A stretch of 63,196 nucleotides of DNA, the filler included, from Octopus bimaculoides (taxonomy: Eukaryota), in NCBI RefSeq assembly GCF_001194135.2. It is 6 parts of 6 records of this genome, joined end to end, with 100 filler letters (N's around TTAATTAATTAA, not from the genome) between each part and the next. Parts side by side here need not be neighbours in the genome. Positions count along the whole stretch, not along the records: positions 34,205 to 38,208 come from NC_069002.1; positions 38,309 to 58,352 come from NC_068992.1; 4 more parts are not named here. One strand, given 5' to 3'. The position numbers and the translations under genes were made by a program. Numbering within the stretch: the first letter of the stretch is position 1; the number at the start of each line of letters is the position of its first letter. Below the pieces are notes generated by a model that was not told the origin of the DNA, searched no databases, and worked only from the letters and a program-made list of their open reading frames with translations. Of the stretch, positions 36,893 to 48,720 are shown in pieces.

Positions 36893-37480
36893 CATACATA
36901 TATGAAAATATACACGTAATAAATATATTTATAAATTCCATACATTCATGTGTGTGTATAGGCACGCGCGCACACACACACACACACCACATACATACAA
37001 CACATGCATACGACATGCAACACATACAAAACAACATACACACACACAGAGGCACACTCACAAGAGACACACACACACACAGCGGAGACTTAATGGAGAA
37101 ATTTTTATTTATTTTCTCTGATAAACTTGCCTTTTCTTTTTCTTGTTTTACTTTCTTCTTCCTTCTCTGATTAATATTCTTTTGTCGATTCCTTTAAAGA
37201 TCAATCACACATTCATAGATTCTATTGATTCGTTAAAGTGTCACAGACTATCGCAGAGCAGCAGAATAATTTCCACAGTGTCTGAATCTCAAAATTTAGA
37301 TTTCTCTTCCGTATTCTTTCAATAGTTTGGTCTTGTTTATATATACATACATACGTGCATACATACATACATACATACATACATACATACATACATACAT
37401 ACATACATACATACATAGACACACACACACGNNNNNNNNNNCATACATACATACATACATACATAGACACACACACACGG

Positions 37481-37521
<41 letters not shown>

Positions 37522-38329
37522 TATATATGCATGTATATGTATTATGCATATGTGCATATGCGCATATAGATTCATACTGCATATATATATATATATGTGT
37601 GTATGTATGTATGCATGTATGTATATATNNNNNNNNNNATATATATATATATGTATGTGTGTGTGTGTGTGTGTGTTTGTGTTTGTGTTAGTCCTCCATC
37701 ACTGATTAGCAACTGATGATGGTGTGTTTACGTCCACGTAACTTAGCGGCTGTGATAAAAGAGACCGAAAAATAAGTACAAGGCTATAAGTACCAGACTA
37801 AAATTCCTGTAGACAGTGCTCCAGCATGACCGCAGTCTAATGACGGAAACAAGTAAATGAATTAAAGAATAAAAGAATATATAAAGGTTTATTTCATACT
37901 GAACTACTTGGCAAAATTGTTAATTGTTAGTTCTATTATTAATTGACGATTCCCTGCCCTCATTTCTTGTATATTTTATATTTGATATCTCTAAGTTGGA
38001 TGGTTAAACCGTAATCCTTCCACACGGAACTTTTTTTCATACGGGACTATTTGTGGCGCACATGGAGTGGATTTCTTTGGGGTGGGATGCCTGAACTCGC
38101 TAGCCGATGAATTCGTAAGTGCCTTTCTTATCGTTGATTTTTGGTGTCGCATGGCCAAGGATTACCGTGAATTTTTTTAGAGACACTTTCAAATTTATCA
38201 GAATATTTNNNNNNNNNNNNNNNNNNNNNNNNNNNNNNNNNNNNNNNNNNNNTTAATTAATTAANNNNNNNNNNNNNNNNNNNNNNNNNNNNNNNNNNNN
38301 NNNNNNNNTATTATTATTATTATTATTAT

Positions 38330-38792
38330 TATCATCATCATAATTACCTATTGCCAATCTGTATGATACTTTTTACTTTTTACTATTGATATATGCAAGC
38401 ACCTTTTAAAACTATTTTAGGTGACAATTTTTCCCTTATATATCTTTTTCTTTTAATTATTTATGGTTTCTTGCAAATCTACCTGATATTAATCAAATCT
38501 TACAGATGATATATGTTTAAACCTATAGTAATTCTTGGTGCACAACAATCCCTTCCACAAAATGTACACTCTCATAGATATAGTTCATTTATCATTTTGG
38601 GTTATACATCTAAATAAATTTATAATATTTTCACCTTTTTTCTCATTACTATTATTATTTTATTTATTTATCATATTAAGATATATAAGGGCAAATTTGT
38701 CACCTAAAATAGTTTTAAAAGGTGTTTGCATATATCAATAGTAAAAAGTAAAAAGTATCATACAGAATGTGCAATAGGTAATTATGATTATG

Positions 38793-38795
<3 letters not shown>
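38330..38795. repeat. Foldback: ~117-bp inverted arms with ~230-bp spacer
   Basis: 38330-38446 is the reverse complement of 38678-38795 with few mismatches; bounded by (TTA)n and (TAA)n. Confidence 0.85.
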
Positions 38796-38840
<45 letters not shown>

Positions 38841-39059
38841 GTAATAATAGTAGTAACAATAATAATATTAGGAATAGGTGACAGAGGGGTGTATCTAAGT
38901 ACATATTGTAAAAGAAATAGATTACAAACAAATAATGTATATATATGTGTATATAAAGGAAAGGTCCAAAAATTGTCTAAAAATATAAACTGAGAAAGAG
39001 GAGAAGGTATATGAAGATTTGGTATAGATGTTATATTAATGATATGAGGGTCATACAAT

Positions 39060-39945
39060 GTAAGGGGGAAGGGTTGAATAACATATGAATATCTAATTAG
39101 CGTAAGATAATTAATGTAGAGAGTATTATAGAATAGAAATCTGATGCCATAGATAGGAATGATGTAGAGAGAGGTATTATACAGAAAACTTTATTATAAG
39201 GAGAAGGAATAAGATAAAAGTAGTTAAGGTGGGCGGGGACAGATTATTTAAGATTAATAAAAAGGAATTTTGACATATGTGTAGAAGAAAAAACTTTTTC
39301 GTCTCTTGAATTAACAAGAAAACCATTCATTTTCATTATTTTGTAACTTTCTTCTAGGCATAATTTGCAGATCTTGTTATTATGTCTATAAGGTGGGGCT
39401 GAAGAAAGTATTTTCCTAGAAATCGAGTAATCTATATTGCTTCTTTTAAGTTTCCAAACCTTTTTGGATAGACGTGTGCTATTTTCTTTTCTAGGGTCAT
39501 TAAATAATGGTTTATGATTACTCTTTCTCTCCTTTACTTGTTTCAATAATTTAACTGTGGCCATGCTGGAGCACCACCTTTAGTCGAGCAAATCGACCCC
39601 AGGACTTATTCTTTGTAAGCCTAGTACTTAATCTATCAGTCTCTTTTGCCTAACCGCTAAGTTACGGGGATGTAAACACACCAGCATCGGTTGTCAAGTG
39701 ATGTTGGGGGGACAAACACAGACGCACAAACACACACATATATATATACGACGGGCTTCTTTCAGTTTCCGTCTTTGGTCGACCCGAGGTGCCACGCAGT
39801 GGGACTGAACCCAGAACCATGTGGTTGGTAAGCAAGCTACTTACCACACAGCCGCTCCTGTGCCTATTTAATCTTATTTAATCTTAATTTGAAAGAATTT
39901 TGTGTACACCTAATGGAAGTAAATTTAGAGATAATGGGTAATAAT
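39060..39945 (-). mobile_element. Penelope-like element: GIY-YIG endonuclease C-terminus, interrupted by a family B SINE
   Basis: KFTSIRCTQNSFKLRL (39865-39930) | SINE | NHKPLFNDPRKENSTRLSKKVWKLK..YSISRKILSSAPPY..CKLCLEE..VNSRDE (39244-39520). Confidence 0.75.
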
Positions 39946-39959
39946 TGTTGCTTATATAT

Positions 39960-40520
39960 ATATATAGAAAGCAAAAAAGCAAACCTCAAGGCTTTCTATA
40001 AATTTGCAAAAGAAACCACCACAGTACAGTACAGTACAAAATAAGACCCCTGTTCCAGTTGAATGGCTCACTGACTGCAGACCCCAAAACGATAAGTGAA
40101 GCGCTCAGTGTCCAATTTAAAAGTGTGCAATTTACCTCTCCACTGAGTCACATGCAGATAAAAAGACGCAGCTGATTTCTTTGACAATGCAACTCTGCAG
40201 AAAAAGACAGCAGCCATTAACTACATTGACATTGAAGAAGAAGATGTAATAGCAGCTATGGATGAAATGTACTCAAACTCAGCAACCGGCCCTGATGGTT
40301 TCCCAGCTATTCTCTTAAAGTCATGTAAACAGGAATTAGCGGGACCACTTTGGATACTCTTCCAGAGTTTCCTTGCAAGTGATAAACTTCCCAAAAAGCT
40401 AAAACAAGGCATCATATGCCCTATCCATAAAGGTGGAAGCAGAGCAGAGGCCAAAAACTACAGACCCATCTCTCTGACTTCACATATCAGCAGATTCATG
40501 GAGTGAATAATCAGAAAGAA
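39960..40520 (+). mobile_element. CR1/Jockey-group LINE RT fragment
   Basis: SATGPDGFPAILLKSC..IHKGGSRAEAKNYRPISLTSHI..ME* ; ends abruptly at a foldback. Confidence 0.75.
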
Positions 40521-40527
40521 ACATAAT

Positions 40528-40800
40528 AAAAATAATTAAAAATATTAAAAAATAAAATCCAAGTAAAAAACTTATACATAGATACAATATAGAAACCTAT
40601 CAGTACAGTCTCATCAGCAGGTCCTATCAGTAAAAATATTTTTAAATATTTTAAAAATATATAAGAAATATAAGTAATAATTATAGAGAGCTTATAGCTA
40701 GACACAAAAATAGAAAGCAAGTACTGATAGGTTTCTATATTGTGTCTATGTATAAGTTTTTTACTTGGATTTTATTTTTTTAATATTTTTAATTATTTTA
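40528..40800. repeat. Foldback: ~80-bp inverted arms with 114-bp spacer
   Basis: 40528-40606 vs 40721-40800: one substitution and one A-run indel. Confidence 0.9.
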
Positions 40801-41952
40801 ATGTTTTTTATATGCTTTTTACATAATTATAGGGTTAATACTTTTTCCACACATTTTTCTGTTTCCTCCCCTCCACCCTGTTTTTTCCTGGATGCCTATA
40901 GACATGTACAAAGAACTTTATATGTGCACGCTTGTGAGTGTGCGCGTGGATGCGTGCGTAATGTAGATATATGCGTGCGTATAAAGAGATATGTGCATGC
41001 GTATATGGATATATGCATGCATGCGATAATATACACAGTTTTAGACGCATTTTGACCTTGTCACTACACAGTAATTTCCCTTTGTTTTTTAACGGTCATT
41101 ATTCACAGGAATTTTCAATTGGCCGGATAACTGAAGAGATGTTGGCGTGGGCTCCCACCCTGGCATCCGAAACTTGGAGTTTTATCATGGCTACTGAATA
41201 AGTGTCACATATTTTTACAGATATATATATATGCGTGTGTGTGTGTGTGTATGTATATATATATATATTTTTTTTTTTGCAAATATTTTCAATGATGATA
41301 CTTTAGTACAGTGATGAAACAGAGCCGTGTCGTTGAATTTGCTGCCCATTTGGTCAAGTAACATTACTATTATTATTTTGCTGCTAATCTGAATGTTTTA
41401 ATCTTGTGATACCAATCTGCCTGAGACTGCTTCAGGTTCTATGATGCAAGGTTCTTGTTTTAAAATGATCTAAATGAAACCCTTCCATCAAAATTTCATG
41501 TTAATTTATGTTCCATATAACAGTTTATGACTATATTCTTCATTATTTTCAAAACTAAACAAAGATAGTGTATTTCAATAGAAATATGGTAGCAAAAGGG
41601 TTAAGCATATTTATGTGTTATAAACATTAATCATACTTTCAATCACAAAGCATGGCACTCCATAATTTTGTGTGCTGTTAACCCACACAAGCACACGTAC
41701 ATATACTTACATTTACAAGCAGATAGAAATGAATACATGCATTCAAGCTTTACAGCCATATATTTTATTGTAAAATGTATTATATCTGACTCTTAGCAAT
41801 TTCACAAAAATATACATGTATTCCACATGAAGGCTACTAGACTTGCTGACAGCTGGGAGATTATACCAGACACAATTTCGCATGTGTTGGTGGAAATATA
41901 TATATATCAGAGTGTTTCTGTCTGTCTGTATATTATGTAGGTTATACTATAT

Positions 41953-41987
<35 letters not shown>

Positions 41988-41989
41988 GT

Positions 41990-43350
41990 TCCACATACAT
42001 TGGAGGGAGCGGTCTGGTACATTATAACAGTTTTTTTTAGATTGATTGTTAGACCCAATGCTGCGCATGCTGCAGAAATCGCATTCATCATGTGCTGCAG
42101 AAGTTTCATTTTGGCACAGAGTTTTAAGATTGAACAGTTTTCCTGTTGTCCTATACCTTATAGAGACGCCTTCAGGGCAATCTTTAAAAGCTATTTGAAA
42201 GACTATTGCGAAATATATAGCAAACTGTGTAAGAGCAGGAATATCACCTTGCTTTATACCATTATCTACAGAAATTGGATCTTCCATCTTGTCATGAAAT
42301 TGTCTAAGCATTCTCACAAATTTTTCAGGGCATCCTAGCTTTTTTAGGATCTCCCAAAGTGCAATTCTATTGATAGAATCAAACACTTTTGTTAGGTCAG
42401 TGAAAACCTGGTATAAGTCCATATCCTGTTCGATGCACTTCTCTTGCAACTGTCTAGCCAAAAATATCATATCCATAGTACGTACTCCCACTATCCCTAA
42501 ACTCTCATTGTGATTCTGATAGAACCTCATCAGCAATATGCAGAAGCAATCTATCCAGCATTACCCTACAGAGGACCTTTCCAGCAACAGCTAACAGACA
42601 GATGCCGCGATAATTATCACAGACATCCTTTCCACCTTTAGATTTATATAGTATCTCCATAGTTGCATCACGCCAATCCGGAGGAACCTCTTCAGTTTGC
42701 CAGGCATCTGTGGAAACAACTTAATTTATCTTCACAAATTAAAGTTAAGGTATATAAAACATGCGTCCTCCCATCTTTGTTATATAGAAGTGAGGCATGG
42801 GTTGTTTACCGTCGGCAGGTAAGGCAAGTAGAATGATTTCATCAATACTGACTGAGAAAAATTTGGGGGATGAACTGGAAAATGGTCATTAGTAATGTGG
42901 AGGTGCTTGAGAGGAGTGGCAGTAGAAGTATAGAGTCAATGACTTTGCAAAGACGTTTGAGGTGGAGGGCACATTTGGTAAGGATTAGTGATGAGTGACT
43001 GCCAAAGCAGCTATTCTATGGTGAGCTGGAAGATGGCAGGTGATCAGCGCATAAACTTAAACTAAGGCTTAAGGATTGCCGTAAAAATGCTCTAATACAG
43101 ACAGGAATTGCAGCTGGTAACTGGGAGAGGGAGGCACAAGACATGATGGAAGGAGGAAGATACTGCATCATGATTGTTCAAGGTTTGAGAGGGAGAGAGT
43201 GAAGTATGAGAGAATTAGGAGGGGGCTTAGAAGCGGGGAACCTGTAGAAAGTGAGAGTGTTGCTTTTTATGTGTGTGGTTTGTGGGTGGAGGTGTTTGAG
43301 TCATGCAGGCCTGGTGAGCCATCAAAATTCTCATGGAAATTGACCCATGA
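41990..43350. mobile_element. RTE-BovB-like LINE with 5' inversion (RT on minus 41990-42725; C-terminus on plus 42735-43350)
   Basis: Minus: WQTEEVPPDWRDAT..DMIFLARQLQEKC..GIKQG..GKLFNL..LGLTINLKKT. Plus: KVYKTCVLPSLLYRSEAW..LRW..LPKQLFYGEL..CLSHAGLVSH. Confidence 0.75.
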
Positions 43351-43814
43351 TAAACAATCATGTGGCTATTAAAATTCATAACAGAACACGTATAAAATGT
43401 GGAAGGGTGTGCCTCTCAGTTGGAAGTCTAAAAAGACATGTTAAGAGAGTGCATATGGTGGCACCTGTTTCTCCTGCCAGCCAACACAGTTGTCTAGTAT
43501 GTANNNNNNNNNNNNNNNNNNNNNNNNNNNNNNNNNNNNNNNNNNNNNNNNNNNNNNNNNNNNNNNNNNNNNNNNNNNNNNNNNNNNNNNNNNNNNNNNN
43601 NNNNNNNNNNNNNNNNNNNNNNNNNNNNNNNNNNNNNNNNNNNNNNNNNNNNNNNNNNNNNNNNNNNNNNNNNNNNNNNNNNNNNNNNNNNNNNNNNNNN
43701 NNNNNNNNNNNNNNNNNNNNNNNNNNNNNNNNNNNNNNNNNNNATATATATATATATATATATACATACATACATACATGCATACACACATACATACATT
43801 TATATATATATATA

Positions 43815-44520
43815 TATCTGTATACAGGAAGCATAACATCATCATCATCACTAGTGATCACTCCAACCACCATGATGTTGACTGGATGTTTGATTTTTAT
43901 CACTCTCTGTACATGTTTTGAGGATATAGCAAGCCAACAGTTGTTCTATGTGTTGACTGTCTGATCCTGGCAGGAATTTTTCTCATCTGAGAAAAGCCAA
44001 AGCATGTTCAGTTGGAGGGGTTGCTTGAGTTTGTTCAAAAACTTTGTAGCACAGTCTTTCCTCTTGTCCATAATGGCTTGGGATAAAAATTGGCCCTTTC
44101 TCACATTGTATGAGGAATACCGAATGTCTTCATGCACTATCTGCCTGATAAGAAACTCAGACACTCCCACATCCCTGGCTATGGACCTGATTGACTTGGT
44201 GGGATCTTGTCAATCATGGCGTGGATCTCACCAACAAATTCAGGAGTTCTTTTCTTATTGGAATGATCAGAGTGAGTTTTCCGAGCTGCCGTACCTTTGT
44301 AATCACCTTTAGACTTATCCAACTCTTTCCAAATCCTCTGAAATGTTCATATTGGAGCTTCCAGCATGAATGCCAAGCAGTATAGCATGTCATTTCCAAA
44401 TTGTGTCATGGTGCCCAACTGACCCTACTATACTGTGTAGTTGACAAACTAAAAAACAAACAGTGTGCATGTGTGAAATTGAAAATATAAATGGAGACAA
44501 TTTACCCATCGCACCCTGTA
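43815..44520 (-). mobile_element. Tc1/mariner (maT/DD37D-like) transposase relic with 5' TIR
   Basis: IVHEDIRYSSY..LWLFSDEKN..QD..KHPVNIMVVGVITSD; end reads TA-CAGGGTGCGATGGG on the minus strand at ~44520. Confidence 0.6.
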
Positions 44521-44565
44521 TATGTATGTGCATATGTGTGTGTGTATACACACACACACACATAT

Positions 44566-44800
44566 ATGAGGAGGTACCCAAAAGTAACCAAAAGCGTTTT
44601 CTGTAGGACAAGTTCGTTGTAGTTCAGGCTTTTGTCACTAGAAGCCACTTAATGCAACTCCTCAGGCATCAGTCTGCCAACCAGCAGCGTCCTGTGAAGT
44701 CGTACTGCCACATGGTGTATCTCTTCTTTGCAGTGCTTCTCCTCTGTTCATTGAAACAAAAGAATAGCTTGCTTTCATGAAATTCTCTTTGCTTCCCAAG
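44566..44800 (+). mobile_element. Possible mariner 5' end fragment
   Basis: tatgaggaggtacccaaaagtaacc resembles mariner TIR starts; no ORF. Confidence 0.3.
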
Positions 44801-46159
44801 TTTCCCGAGCTGCCGTACCTTTGTAATCACCTTTAGACTCATCCATCACTTTTCAAATCCTCTGCAAAGCTACAAGTGCAGTGGCCTTCCTTATTGCACG
44901 TTTAGAAATACCAACAAATTTTGACAACCTTTTCCAATTATACTTCAGTTTATTGCTTATATTTTCCATGCACAGATGGTATATATTTGGTTTTGTTTAT
45001 ATGCTTATTTACATTTCAGAGTCTGCCTGCCTGTCTGTCATTGTTGTTGTCACTGTTGCTGCTGCTCTTGCTACTGCCGCTGCCATTGTTGCTATGCCTC
45101 TGACCAACAAGCAGTTTATCTAGATATTTTATTTAAATATTTTTTTCAAAGATGAAAACAAATGTACAGATATATGTTGACTTGCCCTTCCCTGCTGCCC
45201 ACTTTGTACTCTGCACTTACATAAATTCCACCCTTCTCCAAGAGGGAGTCCTGCCCACTTTAAGAAGCACTATCCAAAATGCTGGATCTACTTTGTTTTC
45301 TGACTATCTCTCATGTAACTTATATTAGTTATTCATATTTTTTATTTTCATTTATTATTTTTTCTATTATTTCAGCATCATATCAATGCCAAAATTGTTG
45401 CGAAAGATTTCAATTATCAACTGGAAAAAATACCTTTATATATTCATATATATTTGCACATTTACTACATTTAATCAATCACAGGTAAGGATATATTTTT
45501 ACCTTATTAATACTTATGAATAATCATTTAAAAGATAGATAAAAAGAATTCATGTTTTCTTATCAATATACTCCATTCACTTACAATCAAATCCATGTCA
45601 ACCTTATCTACAGACCCAAGCAAATTTCCACGCTTAAAGCATTCTATGAATTCTGTCCAATAACATGCACTGGCCTATGTTATAGATGTGACTATTTCCA
45701 TAAACTCATTCCGTTTCCTTTGTTTCACACATCTGATTCCCCATTGTTTTTATTCCGTTAAATTCATTTTTAGTTATTAGCTGCTGGAGACTCAACATGT
45801 TCTCAAAGACAAGTTAATTGTACCATTTCCTGGTGTATTGTAACTCGCATATTTTTAAAGATATATGATGATCATTGATTTGTGGTGCAAGTGTACATTT
45901 TGTAACTATTGTTAAAACTTTTCTGCAGATTATGTACATGCCATTTTTCATCTTTCAAAATTACAAGAAATTTTTTTATTAGTTTCACTAACAAGTCCCA
46001 GATTCCAAAAACACTTATTTGGATGATTTGTGAAATAATTAAAATGATTTGATAAAAGTACAAAACAGTAATTATTTCAAGTGTTAAAATAATAGTTTCT
46101 AATGTATAAACAAATAATAATAATAATAATAATAATAATGATAATAAAAATAATAATAA

Positions 46160-48680
46160 TCATCATTTAACGTCCGTTTTCCATGCTACCATGGGTTGGA
46201 TGATTTGACTGGGGACTGGCGAACCAGATGTCTACACCAGACTCCAATCTGATCTGGCAGAGTTTTTAAAGCTGGATGCCCTTCCTAATGCCAACCACTC
46301 TGAGAGTGTAGTGGGTGCTTTTTGCATGCCACCGGCACGAGGGCCAGTTCAGTGGTACTGGTAATGGCCACGTTCACATGGTGTTTTTTACCTGCCACTT
46401 GCACAGGAGTCAGTCCAATGTTTTGTTCACATGCTAGTAAGGCAAAGCTGGAAACGATCGTGCTCAAATGGTGCTTTTTACGTGCCACCGGCACAGAAGC
46501 CAGACCGCTGCTCTGGCAATGATCCTGCTCAGATGGTGCTGTTAGCACTGCACTGGTATGGGTGCCAGTCATTGAATTTGGCTCAGTTTCGATCTCATTT
46601 GCCCTAACAGGTCTTCACAAGCTGAGTTTAATGTCCAATGAAGGAAGGGTGTTGGCATGGGTGCTAGTCAATGAATTTGGTTCAATTTTCAATTTTGATT
46701 TCACTTGCCTCAACAGGTCTTCGCAAGCAGGGTTTTGTGTCCAAAGAAGGAAAGGTATGCATAAGTGGGCTGGCTACACCCCTGGTAAAGGCCACGGGTT
46801 ATGGTCTCACTTGTCTTACCCAGGTCTTCTAATGCACAGCTTATTTCCAAATGTCTCGGTCACAAGTCATTGCCTTGGTGAGGCCTAATGTTTGAAGGTT
46901 GTGCTTCACCACCTCATCCCAGGTCTTTCTGGGTCTACCTCTTCCACGGGTACCCTCAACCGCAAGGCTGTGGCACTTTTTTACACAGCTATCCTCATCC
47001 ATTCTCACCAAATGACTATACCAGCACAATCATCTCTCTTGCAAACCACAACTGATGTTTCTTAGGTACAACTTTTCTCTCAAGGTACTTATACCCTGTT
47101 GGGTATGCACACTGACATTACACATCCATCGGGGCATTGTGGCTTCATTCTTTGCGAGCTTACGCATGTCCTCAGCAGTCACGATCCATGTTTCACTGCC
47201 ATGTAGCATGGCTGTTCGTACACATGCATCATACAGTCTGCCTTTTACTCTGAGTGAGAGGCCCTTTGTCACCAGCAGAGTTAAGAGCTCTCTGAACTTT
47301 GCCCAGGCTATTCTTATTCTAGCAGCTACACTTTCAATGCACCCTCCCCCGCTACTGACTTGGTCCCCGACATAACAGAAGCTACCAACTACGTCTAGTT
47401 TTTCTCCCTGAAATGTGGCAGAAGTTGTTCTCTACACATTTCCAGTGTTTATTGCTCCTGAGCATCTGCCACATACAAAAATTATCTTGCTAGTCCTTTG
47501 ATATTGCTGCACCTCTTATGTATCCATAGCTTACACTGGGTACATCTTATGGAGTTTCTAATTATGCCTTTTCTACAGATCGAGCAGGGTTATCTACCTG
47601 AAGGGATTTGTGTTTTGTCTGCCTTCCTATTTATTACGACTTTGGTTTTAGCTAGGTTGACTCTAAGGCCCTTTAATTCTAATCCTTGCTTCCATACCTG
47701 AAACTTCTCCTCTAGTTCTGGTAGTGACTCAACAGTTAGAGCAAAGTCATCAGCATAGAGGAGCTCCCAGGGGCAACCAGTCTTGAATTCCTGTGTTATT
47801 GCCTGGAGGACTATGATAAATAGGAGGGGGCTGAAGACTGAACCTTAGTGGACCCCTACCTCTACCCGGAATTCTTCACTGTACTTGTTGCCAACCCTCA
47901 CCTTACTGACAGCATCCCTGTACATGATTCGCACAGTTCTCACTAACCATTCATCTATCCTTAGTTTCCTCATTGACCACCAAATAAGGGATCGGGGGAC
48001 CCTGTCAAAGGCTTTCTCCATGTAAGCGAAAGCCAGGTACAGAGGTGTATCTTTCGTTAGGTATTTCTCCTGCAGCTGTCTTACCAGGAATATAGCATCA
48101 GTGGTGCTTTCCCCTGGCATGAATCCAAACTGCATCCCATCTAAGCTGACTCTCTCTCTAATTAGTTGGTCTATGACCCTCTCCGTGACCTTCATTACCT
48201 GGTCCAACAACTTCATACCTCTGTAATTGTTTTTGTCTAAAGCATCACCTTTACCTTTGTAGCAGTTGACTATGGTGCTGCTACACCAGTCATTGGGTAT
48301 AACTCCTTCGTGTATTACCTGATTAACTATATGGGTGACTAGGCTATAGCCAACACTGCCAGATATTTTGAGCATCTCTGCAGTGATTCCTGATGGGCTG
48401 GAGGCTTACCCTGTCTTCATACTCTTGATCGCTTTATCTACCAAGGTACTGTCAATTAGGATAGCTGGTCCCTCTGTTGGATTGACATTTGGCAGACTCT
48501 CTTCCATTCATTCTCTTTACTAAGCAACCTTTCATAGTGGTGTCTCCAAACCTCTCCCTTTGCAACCTCGTTTACTGTAAGTGAGCCATCATCCATGCGG
48601 ACACATCTCTCTCCTATGACATCGCGATTCTCTCTCACACACTGTCTTGCAACACGAAATACTTCAAGACTTTGGTCCAC
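46160..48680 (-). mobile_element. 5'-truncated, disrupted RTE LINE (~2.5 kb) whose 3' end is family C
   Basis: NYRGMKLLDQVMKV..QFGFMPG..TTDAIFLVRQLQEK..KAFDRVP..GVH*GSV..CPWELLYADD (YADD at 47746-47757)..MLHGSETW..GRGRPRKTW; 3'UTR gatgcccttcctaatgcc plus (CAT)n tail. Confidence 0.92.
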
Positions 48681-48720
48681 ACAGTGCAGGTGGAGCCTCA
48701 TGGACTGATTAATAATGATA

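Noticed and set aside
29607-37705. Long ORFs rich in IY/CV/HT and X
   Set aside because: Translations of (TA)n, (CA)n and (TACA)n microsatellites plus N gaps; not genes.
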